From: Eledone cirrhosa
Lineage: Eukaryota
Reading direction: 5' to 3'
Length of the DNA stretch: 64,000 nucleotides
Assembly: GCA_964016885.1 (NCBI GenBank)
Contig: OZ024745.1
Location: 133,734,001-133,798,000 of the forward strand
This document shows, piece after piece, positions 13,121 through 27,330 of this stretch. Below the pieces are notes generated by a model. It did not search any database. It was not told the DNA's origin and saw only the letters and a program-made list of their open reading frames with translations. How positions within the stretch are numbered: the first letter of the stretch is position 1; each line of letters begins with the position of its first letter. A program made the position numbers and the translations under genes.

Positions 13121-13794
13121 TCAAAATTGTCAGTCTGTACATTTCAACTTGTCCTATCTAATCGGTATTTATGCTTGATACATACACACATACACACACA
13201 TACACACATACATATGTGTGTGTGTATGTATGTATGTGTGTGTGTATGTGTGTGTGTATGTGTGAGCGTGTGTGTGTGTATACATATACATATATATATA
13301 TTATCGTTTTGGAAGCCTCTACAATGCAGATGGGTAAATCTCCGGCTAACAAAACCAGGTGGTAGTGAAATGAGAGAGAGAGAGAAGTAGGAAGAAGCAT
13401 AGAGAGAGACGTAGAGAGCGTGAAAGAAGGTAAGAAAGGCGTAAAAAGACAAGAGATAGAGTTTCCTCGAAAGCGATTTATTGGTCCCTATATTTCGGAT
13501 AGGAGAATATTTTAAGACAATACAAAACCAGAGATACTATGTATATACATTGCATATGATATTTCCATATTTTTGGGGGCATCTAGTGAACTTACATTGA
13601 TACAATTTGAACTCAAATCACCAGAATGACCATTAGTACAGCTTCTGGCTATCCCTATTCATAACTTCTCATTAATCGGATCAGCACAACACATGTCAGG
13701 ACAGCCCATCATCTCCATCGATCAGGGGTATTTATTTGCTGAGCATTAATACATATTTTCCTTTAAAGGCCAAGGAACACATGGACCAAATGTT

Positions 13795-14240
13795 TAATTT
13801 CCATGGTAAAGAGAAAAAAATATAAAGACATTTGTGTAAATGATTTAAAGACATTTGTGTTAGTGTTGTCTAGTACCAACTAAGCTCTAATTCAGGGAAT
13901 CTATAATTAAAGACATTTCAGTTTGAAGATATGTCGCCTTTGTGTATCTAGCTTTACTTTGTCCTGTTTCATCTTTTTTCAAGATGGGGAGTGATTTGTC
14001 AGACCTAATCAATTGTGGCTGCCATGTTGATGAAATACATCAGAATACATTAGGTATATTTTCATTTACTATCCTCTCAAATATGATGCTATTTGTGGCT
14101 TGCCCAGGATGTGACTGTGGGGACCCGACAGTGATAAATGTTGTTCAGGATTACCCCTCAAACGTTTTCCATGCGGTCTGGAGGCAATCCATAATACTAC
14201 GACACACAGTCTGGCTCACCTGTCTCAACCTGCCTCTCTA
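13795..14240 (+). repeat. Unclassified dispersed repeat, copy 1
   Basis: Colinear with 59885-60330. Confidence 0.85.
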
Positions 14241-16022
14241 CTTACTTTTTATGTCATACGACAAGAAGAAAAATTACCTCCTCTTAAGCTTCCCCTCACA
14301 CTAATATCTGTAGTGTCGTTGGGAAATTCTTGTTTGCTTCAATTCTTATTACATACACTATTGTTTAATAAACTGAATATTCTGATATATTAAGTCAAAT
14401 AATCGAAGTGAATATGACTGAAGGAAACTTTTGTGGTTTTGAAAGCTTTACAGTTTTCAGTTCTATTTCTAATCTTTCTGTTAGATAACCCACCAATGTC
14501 GGCATTGCTTTTCCTCCGGTTGTTGACGATACAATAGGTGACATAACCATACCCTATATGATTATATCGACAATGTTCTCCTAGTTCTTACTAAAAGGTT
14601 AAATCAATATTTTCGAAATTCGGCTGTAGAAACGCTGCCTTGATACAATTTATTGCCTCAGTAGTTCTAGTACATTACGGATCTATTTTGCTATTTATTT
14701 CTCTGGGGGACCATATATGACATACTAGCATTATAGTGTAGTGGCTTCGATTGAAATATCACCTTGATAAATTTTAGACTAGTGTTCAGTCAAACGATAT
14801 CAAGAATAAGTACCAGTAATACTATAGAGCGTGCTCCTGTATATTAATACTGTATATACGTACGTTAAATATGTAATATGATTGATATTACGTTTTTAAT
14901 ATTGAACCAATCTTTATACTTTTTTGTCATGTATACAACAATAAATTAAAATCAGTGATTATAACTTCGAAAACAAATTTCTGAAATATTTAGAATTAAT
15001 TGTGAAAATTTGATAAATCGTAGCAAATTCTTTGTGGAGAACGTCAAAATGTGAATGAATATTAATAGGAACTATTCCGACATTTGCTGAATATGGCAAC
15101 AGATTGCTTTATTGTGTATTAAAAGTTATTCATAAGATATTGATTATTTCGATGATTAATTCTAAAACTCATGTGAGATATTTGACATTAATTATGCTTT
15201 ATATACTCAGATAGTTATATTTCGTTTATTCTTATATACCAGAGAATATTATGAGACAAAGTTTATAGTTAAGTAACCAAGTTAGAAATCAGCGAATGAT
15301 AATGAAACAATGCAGTGTGCTATATTGCTATTTAATGAGGTAGATAATTGATAGGGTGTGTAAGTGGCTTTTCCCCAATCAGGTGGACCATTAAACTCTC
15401 AGGAAATTGAACATTGGATGGCGGATGAGAAATTGAAAATAACACAATAGAAAGATAATAATATAGCATAAAGAAGATTGAAAATATTGCAATAAAGTTT
15501 TGCTTAAGAGATGGAATATAGTGAATTGGCTGTGAACAGACGACAAATGCTTACTAGACTGAATGACAATTTGCCAAAAGATCATCAATCATAAGAATAT
15601 TAAATCATGTTGAGCTGGAAAACTGATTTCGATGGAGGCTAGCAATGGTGATGTCAGGAGAGTTGTTCTCAATTTATGGGGAATTCTAGAGAGGCGCCAA
15701 TTTAAAGTTTGGGTCAGTAGTGAATACAATATTAAGATTAATACAAAACCCAATCTCTACTACAGCTACATAGTTTCAATCATTAAAACTGATCAATAAA
15801 TGACATGAAGTATACTATTTAAAGCAATAAACACAAGTTAACTGTAACAACTATTTAAAAATAGTACATTTATTGTCTTATTTTACATATGTTTTTATCA
15901 AAACCATGAGGCAAATAGAATTTTATTTCTGTTACTGAGATATAACAGAGAGAAAAGAAGAGAAAGAGTGAGGTAGCAGGAGCGTCGGTGTCTACGTGAG
16001 TTGGTGTTTGTGTGTTTGTGTG

Positions 16023-16115
<93 letters not shown>

Positions 16116-17201
16116 CGTGCGTGCGTGCGTGTACTTGTATCAGTGTATATTCACTTATTTGTTTTCCAAAGAAAAATTTAACATTGACTTTGAGTTTTCG
16201 GTGCTCTTACATCTTCTGACTGCGATTAAGTGTCTTTTATATAATTAGTTATGGTGTTTGGGCGTAGTTTTGTCACTAATTAATGGGTGGAGTAACTCTA
16301 TTATATGTTAGGGAGAAAGAGGTTTTATTTTGGCTACAACTCAATAGCTGTACAAATATGTGTGTAAGAGTGTATACATATATGTGCTATGTGATTTGGG
16401 CTTTGTTTTGAAAGACGCTTTTAGATTGACTTATTTCATGTTATATAATAAACACTCGTCTAAAATATTGTAACCTATAAGATTTTGCCAAAACATAGCC
16501 TAAAATACACAGAAAATACACACACAAACATACATATATCTACATATTCGTATTCCCTTAAGCCGATACACATTAATTTTTAATAGACTAACCCCACTCA
16601 CTAATAGGTGACAGTATCACGCTCAAATACATGAATATTCATATATTAAGACCTAAAAGATATGCGAGGTGCTCGTGAAATGGGATTGAAAAAGGTTAAC
16701 GTTCGTTAATATGACAACAAAAATGTATTGTAGATATTTTGCCTTTGGTTGTTTAAAGGTCTACAAACATTAATCTCTGTATATCTTGTTGGTAGAAGAC
16801 AATAAAAGACTTCCCATTATATAATTTTAAGATACAAACTTATTTGATCTTAAATTATAACAGCAACGAAAGCAATGTTTAAGTTTATATGAATGAAGAT
16901 ATTTAAATGTTTGGAATACTAATATCTTGACTAGTATATATAAGGAATGTTGGTAGTTATGAAGATGTTTTGGTGCGGTTAAACGTATTGAAACGGACAA
17001 GTGAGAGTAAATAAGAAGAATAGTCTGAAATTGGTAAAAATGTTTTATATAGAGGCATGGCTGTTCACTTGGTAACCCCATATCATAGTCTACCTTCCTG
17101 ATACGTGCCACCTGGGGCTAGATTCTTCTACTATGTAGCAGCTGATAGACTAATTCTGTTTGACTGAAACTTGGTAGATTGAAACTTCATAAGCCCATCA
17201 T

Positions 17202-17437
17202 ATGAATATGAAGTTAGCTGGACATGCTCACCAACATCCAGAGTTGATACTGCACTCAGTGCTCCTCTGGGAGACCCTGCATGGACACACTGGAAGAGGA
17301 AGACCGAGGTTAACATATGTTGATGCCCTAAGGACAGACACTGGTCTCTTGGAGACGCAGGACGTCGCAGCGATAATGAGGGACAGAGAGCGCTGGAGAG
17401 AACTCGTCCATGGATCTCGGAAATTTTACCCACCCTA

Positions 17438-17438
<1 letters not shown>
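17202..17438 (+). pseudogene. RTE-like LINE ORF C-terminal fragment
   Basis: KLAGH...GRGRPRLTYVDAL..D......MRDRERW, typical RTE-group C-terminus. Confidence 0.7.
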
Positions 17439-17516
<78 letters not shown>

Positions 17517-17575
17517 TGTGGGGGTGTATGTGGGTGTGTATGTATGCGTGTGTGTTTGTGCGCGCGCGCGTGTGG

Positions 17576-17710
<135 letters not shown>

Positions 17711-18027
17711 CTGGTTTGTTGAGCACACAAGTTTTTCTTGGGGTTCTCACCAATCTTTCTCCATCATTTCTCCTATAGTGCACTACCACCATCTCCCCAC
17801 TTACACTATTAAAACCAATCCTGATAGCTCCTTGCAAAAACAAGGAACAACAAATTTAGCTGCAATGAACTGAGAACAGTCCAAAAGGTTTGTCCCTCGT
17901 ACAACCGGTTATTGTATCTGCTTTATCAGAAACTGAAATCGGATTTCCTCGCCGTTTCACATCTTCTGGTGTAATGTGCGATTGACTGTTTCTAGTACAC
18001 TGCTCATTAGTAACAATAATAATGATA

Positions 18028-18219
18028 ATAATTGTTTCTACTATTGGCACAAGGCCAACAATTATCCCAGTGTATTACTGGTACTTTATTTTATCGACCC
18101 CGTAATGATGAAAAGCAAAGTTAGCCTCGGCGGGATTTGAACTCAGATCATAAAGGACCGTAACTCTTTGCTGCAAAGCATGGCGTCCGACCCTCTACCG
18201 ATACTGCCAATCCACCGCC
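18028..18219 (-). mobile_element. SINE S1, near full length
   Basis: Reverse complement of 24966-25153. Confidence 0.9.
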
Positions 18220-19252
18220 CTTATATAATAGTAATGATAATAATAATGCGTATACATTTATTATTACTATTGTTATTGCAATTAACATCTATACAAAATG
18301 GCGCTGTTGCAATTATCTTATAAAGTAAACTATCAACAATTTCTATTATTATTCTTATACCTAAAACGTCTGGTTTGCAACTTTGCTTTGTATCTCAGTT
18401 ATCGTCATCTGATATCACTAATTGTTTAAGACATGGCAAATATATTAACACTTTCCACATCTTTCCAAATCTGCCACAAAATATAGCCAGAGGTGTGTTA
18501 TTTCTGTATTAACACAATTTCTTTCGTTTCTAACATTCAATATTGATAGGGTTTCAATATTAACATCTAAATATCAAAATGTCGATTGGACAATGTCACC
18601 GGGTTTGTTCGTGTAGTCAATCCAAAACAAATTATACATTTGTAACGGACGCATATTATTGATGGCTTTGAGCGGGAATATTAGAGGGACATATTTATGA
18701 AAGGAAAAACCGACAAGATTTGAACTCGAGAAACGTGATTTAGTACAGTGAATCATTTTCTCCGTTTTTCTTGCCAGTCCATACAAAAAAAAAACTTTTC
18801 AAGAGCAAATATTCATGAGAGTCGAGTGCTGTCAATTCTCAATTTTAAATGCTATAACAACAATTTATCCACAAGTTGTTTGGCTCCACTGATTTTCAGT
18901 TATTTAGGTTATCCTCAAATATAAAAAGTATTCTAAAAAAAAAGCGAATTACTATTTCATCGGCAATGTTTTTTTTTCTTTTTTTAACAAGCAAACGACT
19001 TAATAGCCACCATGTTTCTAGCATTTCATGGAAAATAACATGATGTATCTATAATTAATAAACGTAAATAGTCGATGAAATAGCGAGAAAAGTGATATGA
19101 AACAGTTTTTTGTTAGTTAATTATATATATATATAAATACATACAAACATATACATACATATATATATATGTGTGTGTGTGTATATATATATATATACAT
19201 GCATATATATATATATATGCATGTATATATATAAATGTATATATATATATAT

Positions 19253-19340
<88 letters not shown>

Positions 19341-20589
19341 ATATATATATATAATGTATATATATATATATATACGTATGTGTATATATATATATATGAT
19401 GTAAACTCTTATTTGTTTGTCATTTTTCGTTTATTATAGTTCTCCTTGTTGTTCCGTGTGATATTATTTTGTTATTCCTGTTTATTTGCAACGATGTCGA
19501 TTATTTCTACATTGTATATCTAACATGCATTGTCTAGCAGCTGGCGCCATTGTGATTTCTTCCATAAGAGATGTAAGGGCCAAGACCTAAATACTGTAAT
19601 GATAGAAATGAACAGGTTATTTATTTTATTTTATTTTGTTTTAGTTACATTTAGTTTCGCTCTTTACCATAGACTGAAAGACTGAAGAAAAATGTTAAAT
19701 TGTTGTTTAATATATTTTGTTTGTTATAATACTCCTCTAAATTATGCAACATGAATTTACCTTCTATTTGGATTTTTGTTGAAATCCCATATTATCTCAC
19801 GTAAAAGAACAAGAAAAATAAATGACACACTAAAACTAGTCAAAATGTTTAAATCCCGAACTAATCTAAATTGAAGCAAATAATTACCATTATAATAGAA
19901 ATCACTTAGCTATGGATAAATACTATACAACATGAAACATTAAACAGAATAATCGAACAGATCCATGTCGCCATTCTATTATCTTTCTAGTCCACATCAG
20001 TTTGATGTAAATAAACGCAACTATAAAACGTTCATGACTAATTCAGTATTTACTTAAGATCCTAAAAATACAGCGCTAAATCCCCCAGATAGATTTTCTG
20101 TTAAAAAATATATATTCCGATAACACAATAACATATTTTTTTACTAAAATGCAAATGTTATTGACATCCGAATTTAAAGCCAGCTTTACGAATTTATTTT
20201 CATACATAAATTTACGGGAGTTATTTTATGTAACCTTCCCATGCCTATAAAATCAATGAGTCATTTATAACCAGTTCCATTACAGGAAAAACGCAAATTA
20301 TTTTGGCGAGCAAATAGAATACGACAGAAGAATTAAACATTTATTCACCATTTTATCGTCAGATATAGTTCCATATTTTAATACAAAAACCATAATTTGT
20401 ATATATATATATATGAATATATAGTGTATTTGGTAATACACTGTATGCTTAATTAAAAGCATTTTGAAGACCTTACGCTATTGTTTTAAAGTATTGACTA
20501 TGTCACTTCACTACACATAAACACAAACATCTATGTATATATATTTTCCGTGTAAGTATCTATAAATATGTGTTAATATACATAATATC

Positions 20590-20623
<34 letters not shown>

Positions 20624-20859
20624 TTGTTTGTGAGTATATGTATGTGCGAGTATGTGTGTATAAATGTATTTGTATAAAGACTGTTCGTTAAAGAACAAAG
20701 TTCAGTAAACTCGGCAATAAGGTTTTTAATATTTTCATTTCGAAATTTTAAGATTATTTTCAATACATGCTGCACCTCTTCATTTTTGTTTTAATATTAG
20801 ACAATCATGTGTGCTGTCATAGCTAAGGTGTTATCACTCACTAGAGTACCTAATTGAAC

Positions 20860-21055
20860 ACACAGATACTCTCAAAATCTTATTTGTTTCCCTTCCTTCC
20901 TCTTCTCACTCTATCTTTCTAATTTATTTCTCAATCTAATTTCTGATGAAGGACTAGTGTCCGAAACATAAAGAGTCTTTTCCTGCAATATCAAGCGCTA
21001 AACTTCGTCATTTTTTCTCTTTTGTTTACTTTGTTGTTTCCGTTTACCTATTGCA
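20860..21055 (+). mobile_element. PLE-type 3' tail with degenerate HHR
   Basis: CTGATGA-A-GGAC-tagt-GTCC-GAAAC at 20943-20967; stems I and III not intact; same layout at 39448. Confidence 0.55.
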
Positions 21056-21155
21056 TATAAATATATAGATATGTGTGTATGTATATATATATATATATGT
21101 GTGTATGTGTGTATCTGTGTGTGTGTGTATGTGTATAAATATATAAATATATATA

Positions 21156-21632
21156 TACTATTTGCGAGGGTCATGTTGCCAAATTCAAAAATTAAGTATA
21201 TATTAAATGGGTCATTGTTTGGCTGAGAGGGTGAACTGACTAAGCGAATTTCGTTGAAATCTGCGGTAGCTAATGGTCAACTTCCTTCGGACATGCGCCT
21301 GCGCAGACCGGTGGGGGTGAATTGGTACTCACAGAGGAACGGATGAAGAACCCAAAAGCACACACTTCGTCCGTTCCCACGTCGATTCAACTTGGATTGC
21401 CTCGGAAACATAACCTTATTATGTAACAAGCTGTCTGATGATGTCACGACACTCGCACACAGAACAGTGTGGCCAGTGTCGTCATTGAAATATATATCAC
21501 AGCATTATTATTAAAGGACTTGATCATCTGAAACTACTTTGCTTTTACTTATTCGATATTTACTCCGTCACTCCTATGTGGAAAAAGTACGTTGAGTGCT
21601 TGAATTGAATTTCATCAATGTTTACCCTAAGT
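21156..21632 (+). mobile_element. Non-coding structured element with HHR, bounded by (TA)n
   Basis: Begins with a family C end; 21250-21441 homologous to 44117-44309; contains HHR. Confidence 0.65.
21430..21503 (+). ncRNA. Type I hammerhead ribozyme with long stem II
   Basis: GCTGT-CTGATGA-T..ACGACACT..CACAC/GTGTG..AGTGTCGT..T-GAAA-TATATA-TC-ACAGC; AUC site. Confidence 0.8.
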
Positions 21633-21644
21633 ATATATATATAT

Positions 21645-21820
21645 AGTTATAATAATAAATTTGAAGACTAAAATCCAAAGAGGGCTCGATAAGGATAAAT
21701 ATGTATCAAATATATAAGAACCCTAGAGCAAATACTTAAAATAACAGATTAAAGTTTCAGAAGATCAGTTAAGGGTGAAAGCAGCGATTCTTTGCTTAAA
21801 CTTTAATTTGTTATTTTAAT
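21645..21820 (+). mobile_element. Fold-back element family A with CAGAAGA HHR-like core
   Basis: Colinear with 48943-49165; HHR-like motif at 21753-21802; flanked by (TA)n. Confidence 0.7.
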
Positions 21821-21833
21821 AAATATACATATA

Positions 21834-22014
<181 letters not shown>

Positions 22015-22114
22015 TATTTATATAGATAGATCAGGTTTTACTAGTTAATATCAATAAGACGAATATTCACCTTAGTTTTCCACCCATACTACATAAGGAA
22101 GGTAGAGTATAACT

Positions 22115-22775
22115 GCATACACACATACATACATACATACATACATACATACATACATACATACATACATACATACATACATACATACATACATACATAC
22201 ATACATACATACATGGTGGCTGCCAACTCGTTATCGAGTACGGCCACTACTTTATATCCATGTAGGAGAACCCTTACCGATGCGCTGAACGAGTGTGACT
22301 TTTTAGTCCAGCCAGCGACTTGAAAACTCTGGTACAAACACTACACTTGTGACAATTATTGATACATAGTGCTGGGCCCATGGTACCATGTGACGACAAG
22401 TGCAGAGAGATCTCCAGATATAAAGCAATGCCTGTGCCGTGTTGTATCAGAGATTTCCTTCTCCTAGAATTCTGCCTTGACAAAGGCTAAGGGGTCATCT
22501 CTCCCGGTGATTTTGGATGGCCATTGACTCTTAAGAGCTCCTTTGACAGGTCAGGTCACCAGTTGGTGCTACTGGTAACATGCATCCCAGTACAACCTGT
22601 CCCATGATCGGGTCGTTGGCGACTAAACTGGCAACCCCACCAAGGTTTCTTGGTGAGGAGGGTGACTTTGGACATCCTGCAGGACTAAAAACATACATAC
22701 ATACATACATACATACATACATACATACATACATACATACATACATACATACATACATACATACATACATACATA
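22115..22775 (-). mobile_element. Internally deleted RTE-like element in (CATA)n
   Basis: Minus strand ends [22 protein letters not shown] (C2H2) then (ATGT)n; homologous to 35681-36172, 34083-34220 and 29267-29310. Confidence 0.7.
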
Positions 22776-23684
22776 AAGTTTAACACAGATAAGTGATACA
22801 GTAGGATTTATTTCCTGCATTTACATATGAATGTGCAATAGAGGAAGAGAGTGAGAGGAGAAAAATAGATTAGTAGATTCAAAATATGTGCAATGAAGAG
22901 AGAGAATTGGAACTGAGGAAAAAATGGGCAAAGAATTTTGAAGTGTGAAAAAATAAAGAAATAAGAGGGAAGAGGAGACACTAATGTTATCTGAAAAACA
23001 TACTAATAAGAGAACATTAGAAACAATGTTGTTGATCATGATCAATATGGTTAACTTTCTTCATGGTGTTTTCCTGCCGTGTGTTCTAGGTTCACGTCAG
23101 TTGGGATTGAAGTTGTTGGTGATTTTCGCCCCTTATTTTTCTTTATTTTTAGGCACGTGTTATATGTTGTTTCAGATATCGATGTGAGGGGGGTATGTCT
23201 AATATCAGAGTAAACTCTGGGTTTACTCTGCTGCCAGACACATTTGTCCCTTCTTACAACGGAGCACTTATAATCGATATAAACGACATTCCAGTTTTGG
23301 CCACCCAATCTGGATGTATCTGAGACTACATTCTCCAATGTCTCCTTTTGTTGTAAAGGTGATTTAGCTGCTATTTCCAGAGACTTTTATACTGGATCAC
23401 ATCCCCCATAGACTCGCTGTGAGATTCTGTTGTTGACCACAGTGAAGGCGAGCAAATGTTTGTGGAGAAGATGTCTGGAGAAGACGTATTGTAGTTGATT
23501 TCTAGAGGTGCGTGTACCTGTTTGTGGTTCGTGTGAGGTGTTATGACAGTGGCAGTCCTATGGCGTCATCTCACATGTTGTGAGCAATAAACCTTCCCTA
23601 ATGAAGGTTGATTATTTGGAGAGGGTGGAATATTGAGTTGCTGTGTGTAATCTGGGAGAGCGTGTCATCGATAGCAATACACGT

Positions 23685-24102
23685 GTATATGTGTGTGTGT
23701 CCGTATGTGCGTTTGTTTCCGTGTGTATGCGTGCGTGTGTCTGTGTGTGCGTGTGTGTGTCCGTGTGTGTGTGTGTTTCTGTGTGTGCGTGTGTGTGTCT
23801 GTGTATGCGTGTGTGTGTCCGTGTGTACGTGTATTTCCGTGTGTGCGCATGTGTGTGTCTGTGTGTGCGTGTGTGTGTCCGTGTGTGCGTGTGTTTCCGT
23901 GTGTGTGTGTGTCTGTGTGTGCGTGTGGGTGTCCGTGTGTGCGTGTGTTTCCGCGTGTGTGTGTGTGTGTGTTTCCGTGCGTGTGTTTCCGTGCGTGTGT
24001 CTATCTCCGTATGGGGGGGGGCACGTGTTGGTGTACCCGCGCGTGTTTGTGTGTGTGAGTGCGCACGCGCGTGTGTGTGCGTCCGTGCATGTGTGTGTGT
24101 GT
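23685..24102. repeat. Compound GT-rich minisatellite
   Basis: Recurrent gtccgtgtgtgcgtgtgtttccgtgtg units. Confidence 0.8.
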
Positions 24103-24965
24103 AATATTTCACATTAATGTTCTTCGTGTCTCTGGTTATGTCCACCCCATTCCTTGTCTGTTGCCAGATTAGTTTTAAGGTGTTAACAACTGTAAACATT
24201 GCTATAAATATATTATAAGATTCCATGCGTCATTATAAGATTTTCCCAAATGTATGTGAGCGTAATTAAGGATTGAGATTTTCGTGCTGGGAAACATTTT
24301 TCTCTACTTGGAATCTACATCAGTCAACTAGTATTTTATATTATATTCAACATCAATTTATCCGACACGTTCATCATTTTTAAGACGGCAGTGAAAGATT
24401 TGAAGATGTGTCTGCCACTATCAACACACTGAAAAATCATGCGAGGTTTCCTTCATTAGATTAACTGATTATAAAACACATTTAGTAGTTACTAAGTATA
24501 CAATAAACCAGATTTGTGAGAGTTGAATGTTAGCTTTAGGTATTTAATTTAATGCTTTAAAGCTATTAACACAACTAGCAGAAAAACCACTCTTCGGGTG
24601 GTTTTCTGCTAGCATGTGTAGTGTGCATATTGATATTATACGCAAATATATATATGTGCATATAGATATGATACATCAAATAAAATCGTAATCGACAATA
24701 TCTACAGAAATTGAAGAGAATCTGTGTTACCCTCTCTTATGTAATCAGTAAAGTAATCCATGATACATTAAAAAAAGACGATATTATATATAAACTGCAT
24801 TAGGAGAAAATTAGTGATGGAAATATATGAATGTCTATTTAAGCGATCGCTAACCGGAAGTGTTGACATTTGAACATTTTGAAGAAGTGAATCTTAAAAT
24901 AAGTAACAATATTATTTATATTTAATCAAGAATAACGAAATTTAGTAGATAAATTATGTAATAAT

Positions 24966-25153
24966 GGCGGTGGATTGGCAGTATCGGTAGAGGGTCGGAC
25001 GCCATGCTTTCCAGCATAGTTACGTCCCTTTACGATCTGAGTTCAAATCTCGCCGAGGTTATCTTTGCCTTTCATCCTTACGAGGTCGATAAAATAAAGT
25101 ACCAGTAATGTACTGTGTAATTGCTGGCCCTGTGCCAAAAGTAGAAACAATTA
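24966..25153 (+). mobile_element. SINE S1, full length
   Basis: Head TGGCAGTATCGG (A-box-like) and GAGTTCAAATC (B-box-like), S1 body and tail. Confidence 0.92.
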
Positions 25154-25229
25154 TTTATTCAAAGTAATCCAGCTTATTTTAAAAACGGGATAACAAAAAT
25201 ATTAGAGAAAGTGGAGAACAAAAGATCTG

Positions 25230-25431
25230 GCTTAATATTTATTCAAACGGTTGTCATTTTGAAGAAAAAGTTAATTTTCACATATGAAGTGGCGAGCGAA
25301 ATGCGTAGCTGATGATTTCTCCCGAATGAAACAGTTCTAGTTCTGTAGAAGCTTTTCTATATTAAATATTTATACTCTGCTTTGTATTGAGTACCTTACT
25401 TACTGTGGTTACCCCCGACCCGGGATAAGCT
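25230..25431 (+). mobile_element. Family B element with HHR-like motif at 25306-25339
   Basis: TAG-CTGATGA-T-TTC-tccc-GAA-T-GAAA-CAG-TT-CTA; tail matches 11373-11475 and 49742-49845. Confidence 0.6.
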
Positions 25432-25464
<33 letters not shown>

Positions 25465-25492
25465 CAGTGGTTATACGTATAACCATGACCAG

Positions 25493-25535
25493 TACGAGCT
25501 GAAGATCCGCTAAGGTGAAACAATTGTTCTCGGTA
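25493..25535 (+). ncRNA. Very small type I hammerhead ribozyme
   Basis: CGAG-CTGAAGA-T-CC-gctaa-GG-T-GAAA-CAATTG-TT-CTCG; palindromic stem III ACAATTGT. Confidence 0.65.
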
Positions 25536-25545
25536 TATATATATA

Positions 25546-25717
25546 TAACGAAGGAAATGTGGTAAGGAACCAGGTGGACCATAACGCACCAAAGTACTCA
25601 ATACTTAGGGTAGTGGAGTGGGTAATAGGAACAAGTAAGACCCCGACGGCTGAGCTCAAGCCGTACAGAATTAGCCGTCGAAACGGCTTGAGCTCAGCCG
25701 TCGGGGTCTTACTTGTT

Positions 25718-25721
<4 letters not shown>
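25546..25721. mobile_element. Fold-back element family D in (TA)n
   Basis: Inverted arms 25626-25721; homologous to 43488-43680, 49259-49365 and 49900-50088. Confidence 0.8.
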
Positions 25722-25775
<54 letters not shown>

Positions 25776-25957
25776 TATATACATATATATATGTGTGTGT
25801 ATATATATGCGTGTGTATATATAGATGTGTGTATGTGTATATATGTGTGCGTGTGTATAACACTTAAAATCATTGTGTATGTAATAGCCTCCAATGATAA
25901 GTGTTTAAATCGCGGTTAGTTTCCATTGCCCAATGAAGCAAAAATATTGTGAAAACA

Positions 25958-26785
25958 TGTGTATATATACTTACTTGTGTATATATATATTATCTTGTGA
26001 AAACCTGTGTATATATACTTACTTGTGTATATATATATTATCTTGTGAAAACCTGTGTATATATACTTACTTGTGTATATATATATTATCTTGTGAAAAC
26101 CTGTATATATATACTTACTTGTGTATATATATATTATCTTGTGAAAACCTATGTATATATACTTACTTGTATATATATATATTATCTTGTGAAAACAGGT
26201 GTATATATACTCACTTGTGTATATATATATATTATTTTCTAAAAACCTATGTATATATATGCTTACTTGTGTATATAAATATATTATTTTGTGAAAACCT
26301 GTGTATATATATACTTACTTGTGTATATACATTATCTTGTGAAAACCTGTGTATATATACTTACTTGTGTATATATATTATCTTGTGAAAACCTGTGTAT
26401 ATTTACTTACTTGTGTATATATATATTATCTTGTGAAAACCTGTGTATATATACTTACTTGTGTATATATATTATCTTGTGAAAACCTGTGTATATATAT
26501 TTACTTGTGGATATATTATCTTGTGAAAACCTGTGTATATATACTTACTTGCGTATATATATTATCTTGTGAAAACTTGTGTATATATACTTACTTGTGT
26601 ATATATATTATCTTGTGAAAACCTATGTATATATACTTACCTGTGTATATATATATTATCTTGTGAAAACCTGTGTATATATACTTACTTGTGTATATAT
26701 ATTATCTTGTGAAAACCTGTGTATATATATTTACTTGTGGATATATATTATTTTGTGAAAACATGTGCATACATATTTACATGTG
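25958..26785. repeat. Minisatellite, 38-44 bp unit, about 20 copies
   Basis: TGTGAAAACCTGTGTATATATACTTACTTGTGTATATATATATTATCT repeated. Confidence 0.95.
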
Positions 26786-27063
26786 AATTGTATTTGAATA
26801 TTAATTATTAATGTTTTCAATTAGTATTTGCTAGGTAGGTTTCTGGGTGGAAGCTATATATATATATATATATATAAATATATTACACAAAGAGAAGTGT
26901 GTTACACAGTGAGATGTGTGTAAAGAATTATTACAAGTGAGTTTTACCGTTACTGTATAGAGAACAATATCTACAGGTTTAGCAATTAAATACAAAAAAC
27001 TAAGTCAGAATCAAATCTCTGAAGTAGAGTTTTAAATTACCAACCTTTTAACTATAAGTTTGC

Positions 27064-27095
<32 letters not shown>

Positions 27096-27234
27096 CATGT
27101 ATGTATGCATGTATGTATGTATGTATGTATGTATGTATTGTACATACATACATATTTGTGTGTGTGTCTGTGTCTATGCATGTATACATGCATACATATT
27201 TGTATGCATACATGTATATATGTATGTTTGTATA

Positions 27235-27330
<96 letters not shown>

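Noticed and set aside
21336-21377. SECIS-like hairpin (ATGA...AAAA)
   Set aside because: No opposing GA quartet, wrong spacing, and ATGA is Watson-Crick/wobble paired
22274-22483. Host C2H2 zinc-finger gene
   Set aside because: Single finger inside a multi-copy retroelement 3' end with an (ATGT)n tail
22560-22690. HDV-like ribozyme at the RTE-like 5' end
   Set aside because: Could not assign P1/P1.1/P2/P3; the TCCTC lies in a simple hairpin
23051-23338. Possible decayed GIY-YIG (NVVY..YKC)
   Set aside because: No YIG/YVG or downstream motifs; too weak to call
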